From positions 992,001 through 1,056,000 of the forward strand of contig CAVUWA010000002.1 of the NCBI GenBank assembly GCA_963744995.1: a stretch of 64,000 bases of DNA, in the 5' to 3' direction. The position numbers and the translations under genes are program-made. Each line of letters opens with the position of its first letter. The stretch's first letter is position 1. The stretch is from Candidatus Eiseniibacteriota bacterium (GTDB lineage: Bacteria > Eisenbacteria > RBG-16-71-46). This document shows positions 53,930 through 64,000 of the stretch, in pieces. The notes beneath the pieces are model-generated. The model did no database searches. It was not told the DNA's origin and saw only the letters and a program-made list of their open reading frames with translations.

Positions 53930-54601
53930 TCACTTCACGCAGAACGTGATGCTGAACACCAGATCGAGATCCGGATACGGGTCCGGGTTCGGCAGCGGCG
54001 GACAGGGTGCCTCCCTCGTCCGAAAGTGGTCCCACATGTGTCCGTCCGGATAGAGATCAAGAGTTCCCGCAGCCGGTTTCCGGATCAGCACGTCGTTTCT
54101 CCAATCGCATGGATCACTGTGGAATCCGACGGCGTAGTCGCCCGTGTCGGGCAGGACCAGCGGCGGATCGAATTCGAATTTGAACTCGGTGGGCTGCGTT
54201 CCGTCACCGCCGGTGTTCTGAACGCTCGGTCCATTCTGGATGATCCGGTGGGGATCGGGGACGCCGAGCGAATCGAGTCCCATGACGTACACGCGAATCT
54301 TCGTGACGAAACCGGCCTGGGAGGCGATGCGCCAGATCGAAACGGACCGGATGTCCGTGTGCGCCGCGTGGAACGTCTCCGAGAGCGCGTGACCGAGATC
54401 GAGTCCTCCGGCCGCATTGGCGGAGTCCGGCGGGATGCCGATCACGCTCGTGCTGCACGACGGGACAGCCGGCGTCCCGGCGACCCCGGTGGGCGCCGGA
54501 CGCGACTCGGTGCAGGCGCCCACGAGCAGCGCGAGGCCGACGCATGCAGCCACGACCGTCGCGGAGATCCCCGGGCGATTCACGACCACACGCGCCGACA
54601 A
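53930..54601 (-). CDS. Putative lipoprotein
   Basis: Lipobox-like LVGAC; beta-sandwich-like domain ending DLDLVFSITFC; start uncertain. Confidence 0.6.
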   Translation of the reverse strand: MSARVVVNRPGISATVVAACVGLALLVGACTESRPAPTGVAGTPAVPSCSTSVIGIPPDSANAAGGLDLGHALSETFHAAHTDIRSVSIWRIASQAGFVTKIRVYVMGLDSLGVPDPHRIIQNGPSVQNTGGDGTQPTEFKFEFDPPLVLPDTGDYAVGFHSDPCDWRNDVLIRKPAAGTLDLYPDGHMWDHFRTREAPCPPLPNPDPYPDLDLVFSITFCVK

Positions 54602-54800
54602 TCAGAACTGAACCATCCGGCGTTCATGCCGGCGAGTGTAGCAGGCGTCCTCGGCAGAGAACCGTGGGTTCGCCCGCCCCGACGCGAGCCTTGCCGCTCG
54701 CGGTTCCCTCTGTTAGCTTCCTTCGCCGTTCGTCCGGGGAGCCCGCGCGCTCCCCGTTTTCATGCGCGGCGCCCGCCGCGGTCCAACCAGGAGCGATTTG

Positions 54801-56072
<1,272 letters not shown>

Positions 56073-56228
56073 AACGCGGCGGGCGGTTTCTCCCGGCCGC
56101 CCGCAGTCGACGCGATTCCGTCGCGGCGCCGCGAACCGGCACGCACCGCCGCGTGGGCCGCGACGCCCCCCCGCACGCTCCGGAATGGCCAAACCGCCGC
56201 ACCCCTTTGGCGAAACCCCGTGCGGCAT

Positions 56229-56245
56229 CCGGCACTGCTTTTGCC
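56229..56245 (+). promoter_or_regulatory. Putative sigma54 promoter
   Basis: ccGGCACtgcttTTGCc, a near-consensus GGCAC-N5-TTGC, 50 bp upstream of the ATG at 56295. Confidence 0.65.
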
Positions 56246-56294
56246 CTTCGGACCAACCACGCTGCAATGGGGCAGCCGGAACGAGGAGGGGCGG

Positions 56295-57068
56295 ATGCGG
56301 TGGTGGTGGCTGTGTTTCGCGCTGGGACTGGGCTGGCCGGGGACGGCGGCGGCGGCGCTCGGGAAGATCGACGTAGGGGAGACGGTGATGGCCTCGGGAG
56401 GGGGTCACCTGCCGGTCGGCCCGGGCGTGACCCGGGAGGAGGCGATCGCGGCGGCGTACGCTCTTCCCGCCGTGCAGGCGGCGATCACCTACATGGGCTC
56501 GCGCGGATACGTCGCGTACCCCGTGTACGACGAAGCGGCGCTGCTGCCGTCGGCGCCGGCGACGTTCGTCGCGCTCTCCTATGAGAAGCCGGGGCTGATC
56601 CCGCCCGGGTTCGATATCCTCGGCGCGCCGATGATCCTGATCGGCACGGTGAAGGACGTGTACGGGAATTTTCACACGAGCGTTGCAGGCGGTCTCGCGT
56701 TCGTGGACACGTTGCAGCGGACGATGTGGACCGCCGACTCGCTCCCTGCGATGTACCCGGGTGACGCGAGCTGGGAGGTCGTACCCGCGGGCGGCGACGG
56801 CGACGGCGGCGGCTTCAAGCGCATCTCGCCGACGGCCCGATCCTTCGCCGGGCCCTACAGCTTCACCTTCGGCGGCACCAACTCGCCCGAGGATCAGAAA
56901 TTCAGGAAGTTCGTGCACTGTTCGGCGATCGGACTCGGCGCTGCGGCCCTGAACGCGCTGTGGCAGGGGCCGCCGATCCCGCAGAAGGTCGTGCTGCAGT
57001 CGGCGATCATGGGCGTGATCGCCGTCGTCTCCTGCGGCGTCGGCGCGTATGGCGGCGTGGCGCCGTGA
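56295..57068 (+). CDS. Secreted precursor-like protein with Cys-flanked hydrophobic C-terminal hairpin (bacteriocin-like candidate)
   Basis: GAGGAGG RBS; signal peptide; Gly/Asp linker, KR, then C-SAIGLGAAALNAL...SAIMGVIAVVS-C-GVGAYGG. Confidence 0.7.
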   Translation: MRWWWLCFALGLGWPGTAAAALGKIDVGETVMASGGGHLPVGPGVTREEAIAAAYALPAVQAAITYMGSRGYVAYPVYDEAALLPSAPATFVALSYEKPGLIPPGFDILGAPMILIGTVKDVYGNFHTSVAGGLAFVDTLQRTMWTADSLPAMYPGDASWEVVPAGGDGDGGGFKRISPTARSFAGPYSFTFGGTNSPEDQKFRKFVHCSAIGLGAAALNALWQGPPIPQKVVLQSAIMGVIAVVSCGVGAYGGVAP

Positions 57069-57292
57069 GGCGCGGCGTGTGGCTGGCTCTGGCGGCGGGG
57101 CTCCTGAGCGCGGCGGTCTGGGGCCTCGCGACGCGGATCGTGTTCGTGCCGCTGGTGATCGCCGGCACCGAAATCGCGGCAGTCCTCATCCGCCCCGAGG
57201 TGCGCGGCCGCGGCCACCCGCTCACCATTGCCGCCCGCGCGCTCGTCGCGGGCGGCTTCTGGGCCGCGGTGGGGATGCTGGTGTTCAGGTAG
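57065..57292 (+). CDS. Small membrane protein (75 aa, 2-3 TM; immunity candidate)
   Basis: GTGA overlap with the upstream stop; hydrophobic and cationic. Confidence 0.65.
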   Translation: MRRGVWLALAAGLLSAAVWGLATRIVFVPLVIAGTEIAAVLIRPEVRGRGHPLTIAARALVAGGFWAAVGMLVFR

Positions 57293-57447
57293 CGGCGCGC
57301 CTCGAGCGCTCCACGCAGTCGCGCCGGGCCGCATGCGGTGGACCCGGAGATAGCGATTGCATCGGAGCTGGCGCACGGCCGGTGCCTCGCCTTCACTTCC
57401 CCCGCATTGCCTTCCCTTCCCTCCGCGCGGTACAACCCTTCCCGCGT

Positions 57448-57523
57448 GACCCGTTAGCTCAGTTGGTAGAGCACCTGACTTTTAATCAGGGTGTCGCTGG
57501 TTCGATCCCAGCACGGGTCACCA
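57448..57523 (+). tRNA. tRNA-Lys(TTT)
   Basis: gacccgt/acgggtc acceptor stem, cctga-cttttaa-tcagg anticodon arm, GGTTCGATCCC, CCA encoded; 76 nt. Confidence 0.96.
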
Positions 57524-57837
57524 AACCCGATGCATGCGCGCTGGCTGCTGACAACATGGCAGGCGGCAGGACGCTCGCATCGACCTCCGGCCAGGCCGGG
57601 CCCGGTCTCGTAACCGCTTGGCCCACAGTGACTCAGAAAATCAGCCGAAGCTTCTCCACGAAGCGTCTCGATTTGTTCCCGGCGCCTGCCGAAAAAAGCT
57701 TCGGATCGGGTCAACTTTCTGCAAACCTCGCCCGCGGCGCCCGCATCTACAGGACCCGATGAAGGTTGCACCGTTTCACCGGGAGCAAACTGCCGGCCGT
57801 AAGACACACACACCGGCCCGTACCGGAGAACAGGACC

Positions 57838-58083
57838 TTGGACTGTAGCGAAGTACTGGAACAGCTGGGCGACTATCTCGACAAGGACGCCCGCGCCGAA
57901 ATCTGCAAGGCGATCGAAGCGCACCTCGAGCGATGTCACGACTGCCGCTTCGAGGTCGATACGCTCAAGCAGACCATCGTGCTCTATCAGAATGACGAGC
58001 CCATCGACATGCCGGTGACGCTTCGTTCGAGTCTGCAGGCCGCGCTCGCCAGCGAGTACAAGGGAAACACGACCGCCGATTGA
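57838..58083 (+). CDS. Stand-alone zinc-finger anti-sigma (ZAS, zf-HC2) protein
   Basis: C.EV...L.DYLD...IEAHLERCHDC (HxxxCxxC); start approximate. Confidence 0.8.
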   Translation: MDCSEVLEQLGDYLDKDARAEICKAIEAHLERCHDCRFEVDTLKQTIVLYQNDEPIDMPVTLRSSLQAALASEYKGNTTAD

Positions 58084-58177
58084 CTCGCGCGCGAGGCAGC
58101 GCCTAGACTCCTCAGCCGCTTACGAACCCGCCCGCGGGGCCCGAGCCCCGCGGGCGATTCGCTGTCCGGGAGTCGCC

Positions 58178-59233
58178 ATGAAAAGCGTCGGAATTCTCGG
58201 TCTGCCGCAGTCGGGCAAGACCACCCTCTTCGAAATCCTCATGCAGGGCGCCGGCAGCAGCGCGCCGGATGCGGGCGCGCGCGAGCACGTCGGCATCGTG
58301 CAGGTCCCCGACGAACGCATCGACCGGCTGTCGGCCCTGTTCCAGCCGAAGAAGACCACGTACGCACGGCTCCAGTTCGTCGACACACCGGCCATGCGCG
58401 CGGGCAGCGCGCGGGCGATGGCGAAGGGCCCCGACCTGTTCGCCGGCGTGCGCCAGTGCGACGCGCTGCTCGCCGTCGTGCGCGACTTCGAGAATCCGGC
58501 CGTGCCCGCCGAAGGCGGCGTGGACCCGGAGCGGGATCTCAGGAACCTCGAAGCCGAGCTGATCCTCAACGACCTCGCGATCGTCGAGAAACGCGCCGAG
58601 AAGCTCGGCAAGGAGATCCGCGTCGGCAAGAAGGAACACGCCCGCGAGCATGCCCTGCTCGAGCGCGCGAAGGAGATGCTCGAGGCCGAGCGCCCGCTGC
58701 GCGGCGAGTCGTTCGACGCCGAAGAGCAGAAGCTGCTGCGCGGCTTCACGCTTTTGACGCAGAAGCCCCTGCTCGTGGTGTACAACCAGGACGAGGCGTC
58801 CTCGCGCACCCCCGCGACGGCCGGGCCGGGCGTCGGCGCGATCGCGCTCAAGGCCCACATCGAGCGCGAAATCGTCGCGCTCGCCGCCGAGGAGCGCGAC
58901 GCGTTCCGCAGGGAAATGGGCGTCGAGGAGGACGGGCTCTCGCTGGTGATCCGGGCCTGCTACGAGCTGCTCGGGCTGATGTCGTTCTTCACGGTGGGCC
59001 CCGACGAGGTGCGGGCGTGGACGATCCATCGTCACGATCGCGCCGTGGACGCGGCGGGGGAGATTCATTCGGACCTCGCGCGCGGATTCATCCGCGCCGA
59101 GGTGATCGCATGGGATACCCTGCTCGAACTCGGCGGACATTCCCAGGCGCGCGACAAGGGGCTGCTCCGTGCCGAGGGGCGCGACTACGAGGTGCAGGAT
59201 GGCGAATGCCTGGAAGTCCGATTCAGCCGATGA
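58178..59233 (+). CDS. ychF: YchF-like (Obg family) ATPase
   Basis: GLPQSGKTTLF, VPDERID.L, LLTQKP, FFTVGPDEVRAW, AAGEIHSDLARGFIRAEV, EGRDYEVQDG. Confidence 0.88.
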   Translation: MKSVGILGLPQSGKTTLFEILMQGAGSSAPDAGAREHVGIVQVPDERIDRLSALFQPKKTTYARLQFVDTPAMRAGSARAMAKGPDLFAGVRQCDALLAVVRDFENPAVPAEGGVDPERDLRNLEAELILNDLAIVEKRAEKLGKEIRVGKKEHAREHALLERAKEMLEAERPLRGESFDAEEQKLLRGFTLLTQKPLLVVYNQDEASSRTPATAGPGVGAIALKAHIEREIVALAAEERDAFRREMGVEEDGLSLVIRACYELLGLMSFFTVGPDEVRAWTIHRHDRAVDAAGEIHSDLARGFIRAEVIAWDTLLELGGHSQARDKGLLRAEGRDYEVQDGECLEVRFSR

Positions 59234-59258
59234 GCCGGCCGCTGCCGGGCCGCCGGCG

Positions 59259-59864
59259 GTGCGCGTGAGCGGCGCCGTCCGGCTCGCCCGCGCGGCCCGC
59301 CTCGCGGCCCTTGCGCTGGCGCTGCTCGCATGCGTGGCTCACGCGCCGGCCGCGCAGGCCAGCGCGTTCTCCGAGATGAAGGGCCATGCCTCCATCGGCT
59401 TCGCGAAGGTGTTCGTGGACCAGGCGCCGGGAGGCTCGCTGTCGTTCGCGGGCGGGCTCGACGTGCCGTTTGCGCCCTCGTGGCGTGGCGGGGCCGAGTT
59501 CGGCTTCAGTCTGCTCGGCACCCGCAACGAAATCCGTGGCTCGCTCTCGGCGACCATCGACTACTCGACGTTCGAGGCGCTCGCCTATGCGCACTGGATC
59601 GCGCACGGCCTGGGGCCGGTCGAACGCCTGAGCCTCGGCGCCGGGCTGATGAGCGCACGCGCCGAGATCTCGTCCGCGGGCGGCGGCGCGGCGTTCCTCG
59701 ACCTGTCGCGCGAAGAGCTGGTGCCGGCGATCGCGCTGCAGACGACGTTGATGCCGCATTCGGACGCCCCGGTCCGCGCCGGGCTCGAACTCGGCACGCG
59801 TTTCGGCTTCCTCGAGTCGGAGACGTGGACGGTGTTCTCGGCGCGGCTGGCCGTGCATTACTAG
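59259..59864 (+). CDS. Small outer-membrane beta-barrel protein
   Basis: Signal peptide (AQA-S), about 8 amphipathic strands, C-terminal aromatic (RLAVHY); start uncertain. Confidence 0.6.
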   Translation: MRVSGAVRLARAARLAALALALLACVAHAPAAQASAFSEMKGHASIGFAKVFVDQAPGGSLSFAGGLDVPFAPSWRGGAEFGFSLLGTRNEIRGSLSATIDYSTFEALAYAHWIAHGLGPVERLSLGAGLMSARAEISSAGGGAAFLDLSREELVPAIALQTTLMPHSDAPVRAGLELGTRFGFLESETWTVFSARLAVHY

Positions 59865-59995
59865 GCCGTGTCCGAACACGACACCCGGCTGCGCGGCGCG
59901 GTCGGCGCCTCGCTCCAGCGTGGGCTGAGGGCCACGATTCCGCCCGCCTCGCGACCGCGACGCTTTGCCCCCGGGCGCCTTCAGAGGCGGCCTGG
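59861..59995. repeat. MITE/REP-like inverted-repeat element
   Basis: Ends AGGCCGTGTCCGAA / TTCAGAGGCGGCCT (11 of 14 complementary); inner pairings cccgg/ccggg and cgcggtcg/cgaccgcg. Confidence 0.5.
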
Positions 59996-60089
59996 GAGTT
60001 CCGCCTGAGCGTGAATCGGTCTCGAGCCGGCGGACTCGCCGGGTGGCGGGCTCTCGCTGCGCGGCACTTTCCGGCGCGCACCCCGCCTT

Positions 60090-60119
60090 TTGACACTGGT
60101 TTCCACGCCCCGGTATGCT
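60090..60119 (+). promoter_or_regulatory. Sigma70 promoter of the rib operon
   Basis: TTGACA-18 bp-TATGCT just upstream of the riboswitch. Confidence 0.7.
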
Positions 60120-60132
60120 CCGTCACTTGCAG

Positions 60133-60291
60133 CTCCTTCGGGGCGGGGTGCGATTCCCCACCGGCGGTATAGCCCGCGAGCGGGAGCGCGCGGCGGTCCG
60201 GGCAACCGGATTCGGCCTGTCATGCAGCCGCGCGCCGAAGCAGATCCGGTGCGATTCCGGAGCCGACCGTACAGTCGGGATGGAAGAAGGA
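60133..60291 (+). ncRNA. FMN riboswitch (RFN element)
   Basis: cttcggggcggggtgcgattccccaccggcggta.agcccgcgagc ... gcagatccggtgcgattccggagccgac.gt.cagtcgggatggaagaag upstream of ribD. Confidence 0.95.
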
Positions 60292-60332
60292 GGGGGGCCG
60301 GACCATGTCCGGTTCCATCGCCGGCAATCTTC

Positions 60333-60360
60333 CGCCCCGTGGTTCGCCACGGGGCGTTTT
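60333..60360 (+). terminator. Riboswitch-controlled attenuator terminator
   Basis: cgccccgtgg-ttcg-ccacggggcg-tttt; the 5' arm (ttccgcccc) can alternatively pair with the aptamer's ggggcgggg. Confidence 0.8.
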
Positions 60361-60374
60361 CATTGGATGGGGGC

Positions 60375-61478
60375 ATGAGTCGAATCGACGCCGCGAGTGA
60401 CGCACGCCACATGCGGCGCGCGATGCGCCTCGCCGAACGCGGGCGCGGCCGCACCTCGCCGAACCCGATCGTCGGCGCGGTGATCGTGAAGGGCGGCGAG
60501 GTCATCGGCGAGGGCTGGCACCGCGCGCTCGGCGAGGACCACGCCGAGGTCGTGGCGCTCCGGCAGGCCGGCCGCCGCGCGCGGGGGGCGACCCTGTACG
60601 TGACGCTCGAGCCGTGCGCGCACGTCGGCCGGACGCCGCCCTGCGTCGATGCGGTGATCCGCGCCGGCATCCGCCGCTGCGTGGTCGCGGTGCGCGATCC
60701 GCACCGGCTGGTGAACGGGAAGGGCCTGCGGAAGCTGCGCGCGGCGAGGATCCGCGTCGAGGTCGGCGTGCTGGCGGAGGAGGCGAAGCGGCTGATGGGC
60801 GGCTACTGGACGAGTCATACCGAGGGACGGCCGCGCGTCACGTGGAAGGTGGCGGCGAGCGCCGACGGGAAGATCGCCGATCATGCCGGGCGCTCGCGCT
60901 GGATCACCGGCGTGGCGGCCCGGCGTGCGGGGCACCGGCTGCGCGCGACGTCGGACGCGATCGTGATCGGGGCGCGCACCGCCCGCACGGACGATCCGCG
61001 GCTGACCGCGCGTCCCGGCGTGAACGGCCGCCAGCCGCTGCGGGTCGTATGCGATACGCGGCTCTCGCTGCCGCCCGGACTCCGGCTGTTCTCGCGGCGG
61101 CTCGCTGCGGGCACCGTGGTCGCGTGCGGGCCGCGTGCCCCGCGCACCCGCGAGCGCGTGCTCGCCGAGCGCGGCGTGACGGTCTGGCGCCTGCCGCTGG
61201 CGCGCGGCGGCGTCTCGCCGCGCGCGCTCGCGCGGCGGCTCGCACGGGCGGGCCGCTACGAAGTGCTGATCGAAGGCGGCGCCGCGCTCGGCGCCACGTG
61301 GTGGCGGGCGGATCTGGTGGACCGCGTGGCGCTGTTCCTGGCGCCGCGGCTGATCGGCGCCGAAGGGCTGCCCTGGTGCGGTCCGCTCGGACGCCGGGCG
61401 CTGGAACGCGCGCGGATCGGGCGCGTGACCCATCTGTCGCGCGCGGGCGCCGACGCGCACGTGATGTTCGAGTGGTGA
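60375..61478 (+). CDS. ribD: Bifunctional pyrimidine deaminase/reductase RibD
   Basis: [52 protein letters not shown]. Confidence 0.95.
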   Translation: MSRIDAASDARHMRRAMRLAERGRGRTSPNPIVGAVIVKGGEVIGEGWHRALGEDHAEVVALRQAGRRARGATLYVTLEPCAHVGRTPPCVDAVIRAGIRRCVVAVRDPHRLVNGKGLRKLRAARIRVEVGVLAEEAKRLMGGYWTSHTEGRPRVTWKVAASADGKIADHAGRSRWITGVAARRAGHRLRATSDAIVIGARTARTDDPRLTARPGVNGRQPLRVVCDTRLSLPPGLRLFSRRLAAGTVVACGPRAPRTRERVLAERGVTVWRLPLARGGVSPRALARRLARAGRYEVLIEGGAALGATWWRADLVDRVALFLAPRLIGAEGLPWCGPLGRRALERARIGRVTHLSRAGADAHVMFEW

Positions 61479-61507
61479 GCGGGTCACAGGAAGACGGGAG
61501 CGAAGTC

Positions 61508-62122
61508 ATGTTCACGGGCATCGTGGAAGAGAAGGGCCGCGTCGCGACGATCGAGGCGGGCGCATCGGGCGGGGCGCGCCTGTGGATCGAGGCGGGTCAC
61601 GTGCTCGACGACGTGCGCGTCGGCGACAGCATCGCGGTCAACGGCTGCTGCCTGACCGTCGCGGCCCTGGCGCCCGGCCGCTGGGCCGCCGACATCGTGC
61701 CGGAGACCCTGGCGCGCACCTCGATCGGCACGTGGCGCGAGGGGCGCGCGGTCAATCTCGAGCGCTCGCTGCGCCTCGATCAGCGGCTCGGCGGTCACCT
61801 GGTGCAGGGCCACGTGGACGGCGTCGGCGAAGTCGCCGCGATGCGCGCGGAGGGCGACGGGCTGCGCATGACGCTGCGCGTACCGGAATCGCTGCGCCGT
61901 TTCGTCGCCGAGAAGGGCTCGCTCGCCGTCGACGGCGTGAGCCTCACGGTGGCCGCGCTCACCGCCGACGGCTGCGAGATCGCGCTCGTGCCGCACACGC
62001 TGCAGGTGACCGCCGCCGAAGGCTGGACGCCCGGCGGCGCGGTGAACCTCGAGGTGGACCTGCTCGCCCGCTACATGGCGCGCCTGCTCGAAGCGGGCGC
62101 TGCGACCGGAGGTGCACGATGA
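61508..62122 (+). CDS. ribE: Riboflavin synthase
   Basis: [57 protein letters not shown]. Confidence 0.96.
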   Translation: MFTGIVEEKGRVATIEAGASGGARLWIEAGHVLDDVRVGDSIAVNGCCLTVAALAPGRWAADIVPETLARTSIGTWREGRAVNLERSLRLDQRLGGHLVQGHVDGVGEVAAMRAEGDGLRMTLRVPESLRRFVAEKGSLAVDGVSLTVAALTADGCEIALVPHTLQVTAAEGWTPGGAVNLEVDLLARYMARLLEAGAATGGAR

Positions 62123-63510
62123 CGGTCCGCAGGGGTCGCGGCGGCACGCGCGCGAAGACCCGCGCGACGCCGAACGGGCGCTCGAACGGGGTGCCGGAAG
62201 CGAAGAAGGCCGCCGCCCCGTCCGGACAGAAGCGGTCGGGGAAGGCCTCCGCGGCGAAGGCGCCCGGGCGCGCCACGAAAGGGCCTGCCCGCGAGCAGGA
62301 TTTTCTGACCGTCGAGGAGGCCGTCGAGCGCATCCGCGACGGCAAGATGATCATCGTCATCGACGACGAGCAGCGCGAGAACGAAGGCGACCTCGTGTTC
62401 GCCGCCGAGAAGGCGACGCCCGAGCACGTGAACTTCCTGGTGCGCGAGGGGCGCGGCATCGTCTGTGCGCCGATGGCCGCCGAGGAAGCCGAGCGGCTGG
62501 GTCTCAAGCTCATGGTCGAGCGCAACACGGCCCGCTTCGGCACCCCGTTCACCGAGTCGGTGGACGCGCGCCGCGGCACGACCACCGGCACCTCCGCATT
62601 CGACCGCGCGAAGACGCTGCGCGTGCTCGCTGAGCCGGGCACGCTGCCCGACGATCTCGACCGCCCGGGACACGTGTTCCCGTTGCGCGCGGTGCCGGGC
62701 GGCGTGCTGCGCCGCGCCGGCCATACCGAGGCGGTCCCCGACCTGTGCACGCTCGCCGGGCTGCGTCCGGTCGGAGCGCTGTGCGAGGTGCTCGAGGAGG
62801 ACGGCCGCATGATGCGGCTGCCGGGGCTGCGGAAGTTCGCGAAGAAGCACGGGCTCGGCATCCTCACGATCCGCGACCTGATCGAGTACCGGCGTTCGCG
62901 CGAGGTGCTCGTCCAGCACGTCGTCACCGTGCCGCTGCCGACGCCGCACGGTGAATTCCAGCTGCACCTCTACGAGAGCCGGCTCGAGGGCGATCACCAC
63001 GTCGCGCTGGTCAGGGGCCGCGTGGATCGTGGCGGCCCGGTGCTGGCCCGGGTCCACTCGCAGTGCCTCACGGGCGACGTGTTCGGCTCGCTGCGCTGCG
63101 ACTGCGGCGAGCAGATGCACGCCGCGCTCAAGGTCATTGCCCGGCGCGGCCGCGGCGTGTTCCTCTACCTGCGCCAGGAGGGCCGCGGGATCGGGCTCGC
63201 CAACAAGCTGCGGGCGTATGCGCTTCAGGACACGGGGCTCGACACGGTCGAGGCCAATCTCAAGCTCGGGTTCCCGGCCGATCTGCGCGACTACGGGATC
63301 GGCGCGCAGATCCTCGTGGATCTCGGCGTACGCGAGCTGGAGCTGATGACCAACAACCCGCGCAAGATCGTCGGACTCGAGGCCTACGGCCTGAGGATCG
63401 CGAAGCGCGTCCCGGTGCGGGTGCGGCCGGGGCGCTACAACCGGCGCTACCTCGCGACCAAGCGCGACAAGCTCGGCCATCTGCTGGATCTCAAGGTGAG
63501 GGACAAGTGA
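62119..63510 (+). CDS. ribBA: Bifunctional DHBP synthase/GTP cyclohydrolase II
   Basis: [63 protein letters not shown]. Confidence 0.96.
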   Translation: MTVRRGRGGTRAKTRATPNGRSNGVPEAKKAAAPSGQKRSGKASAAKAPGRATKGPAREQDFLTVEEAVERIRDGKMIIVIDDEQRENEGDLVFAAEKATPEHVNFLVREGRGIVCAPMAAEEAERLGLKLMVERNTARFGTPFTESVDARRGTTTGTSAFDRAKTLRVLAEPGTLPDDLDRPGHVFPLRAVPGGVLRRAGHTEAVPDLCTLAGLRPVGALCEVLEEDGRMMRLPGLRKFAKKHGLGILTIRDLIEYRRSREVLVQHVVTVPLPTPHGEFQLHLYESRLEGDHHVALVRGRVDRGGPVLARVHSQCLTGDVFGSLRCDCGEQMHAALKVIARRGRGVFLYLRQEGRGIGLANKLRAYALQDTGLDTVEANLKLGFPADLRDYGIGAQILVDLGVRELELMTNNPRKIVGLEAYGLRIAKRVPVRVRPGRYNRRYLATKRDKLGHLLDLKVRDK

Positions 63511-63968
63511 GCGAAGCCGGACGCCGCACGCCGCGCCTCTGTATCGTGGCGTCGCGCTTCAACGCGAAGTACGTGGATCGCATGGTCGCGGCCGCGCGCG
63601 CGGTGCTCGCCGGCCACGGTGTGGAAGACGCGCGCGTGGACCTCGTGCGCGTGCCCGGCGCGTTCGAACTGCCGCTCGCTTGCCAGCGCGCGGCGGAGTC
63701 GCGACGCTACGGTGCGGTGCTCGCATTCGGCTGCCTGATCGAAGGCGAGACCGACCATTACCGCCTGGTGGCCGACGCGACGACGCGGGGCCTCATGCGT
63801 GTCGCGCTCGATCATGGCGTGCCGGTGCTGCACGGGGTGCTTGCGGTGCACGACGCGGCGCAGGCCGAGGCGCGCACCGGCGGTGCGGTCGGCAACCGCG
63901 GCGCGGAGGTGGCGCTGGCGGCCCTTGCCGTGTGCGGACTCGGCGATCGCACGGAGACGCCGTCCTGA
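63507..63968 (+). CDS. ribH: 6,7-dimethyl-8-ribityllumazine synthase
   Basis: [43 protein letters not shown] overlap. Confidence 0.93.
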   Translation: MSEAGRRTPRLCIVASRFNAKYVDRMVAAARAVLAGHGVEDARVDLVRVPGAFELPLACQRAAESRRYGAVLAFGCLIEGETDHYRLVADATTRGLMRVALDHGVPVLHGVLAVHDAAQAEARTGGAVGNRGAEVALAALAVCGLGDRTETPS

Positions 63969-64000
63969 GCCGGCGCCGCACATCCCGCAATGCGGCCCGC

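Noticed and set aside
57524..57720. Possible 6S or other ncRNA after tRNA-Lys
   Set aside because: Some complementarity exists but no family-defining motif could be identified by eye.

Overview
High-GC bacterial chromosomal window. The C-terminal FlgD-Ig/T9SS-like tails, a 'TWGGVKALYR' terminus and outer-membrane barrels suggest a diderm of the FCB-related candidate phyla (e.g. Ca. Eisenbacteria or Latescibacterota); this is inference only. The window starts in the 3' end of an rRNA operon (23S, 5S, terminator). Most of it is housekeeping: EF-G2, yebC-ruvCAB-queA, acyl-CoA carboxylase beta, a leuA-like gene and leuB, thiolase, hbd, crotonase, proC, apgM, tRNA-Leu-tig-clpP-clpX-lon, a class V aminotransferase with a serA-like gene, purA, tRNA-Lys, a ychF-like gene, and an FMN-riboswitch-controlled ribD-E-BA-H operon. 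Many uncharacterised exported proteins lie between these. The best leads are four. (1) A sigma54-type promoter drives a secreted precursor whose Cys-flanked hydrophobic C-terminus is coupled to a small membrane protein, a candidate bacteriocin/immunity pair (56230-57292). (2) Two tandem paralogous secreted proteins end in different C-terminal tags (TWGGVKALYR versus a frameshifted FlgD/T9SS-like CTD), pointing to a poorly described protein-sorting system, with a PorV/FadL-like barrel in the same window. (3) A DUF222-like HNH nuclease gene carries perfect DNA palindromes repeated inside its linker. (4) A MITE-like hairpin element supplies a stop codon. No CRISPR array, integrase or transposase was seen. 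All calls come from motif recognition by eye, without database searches.
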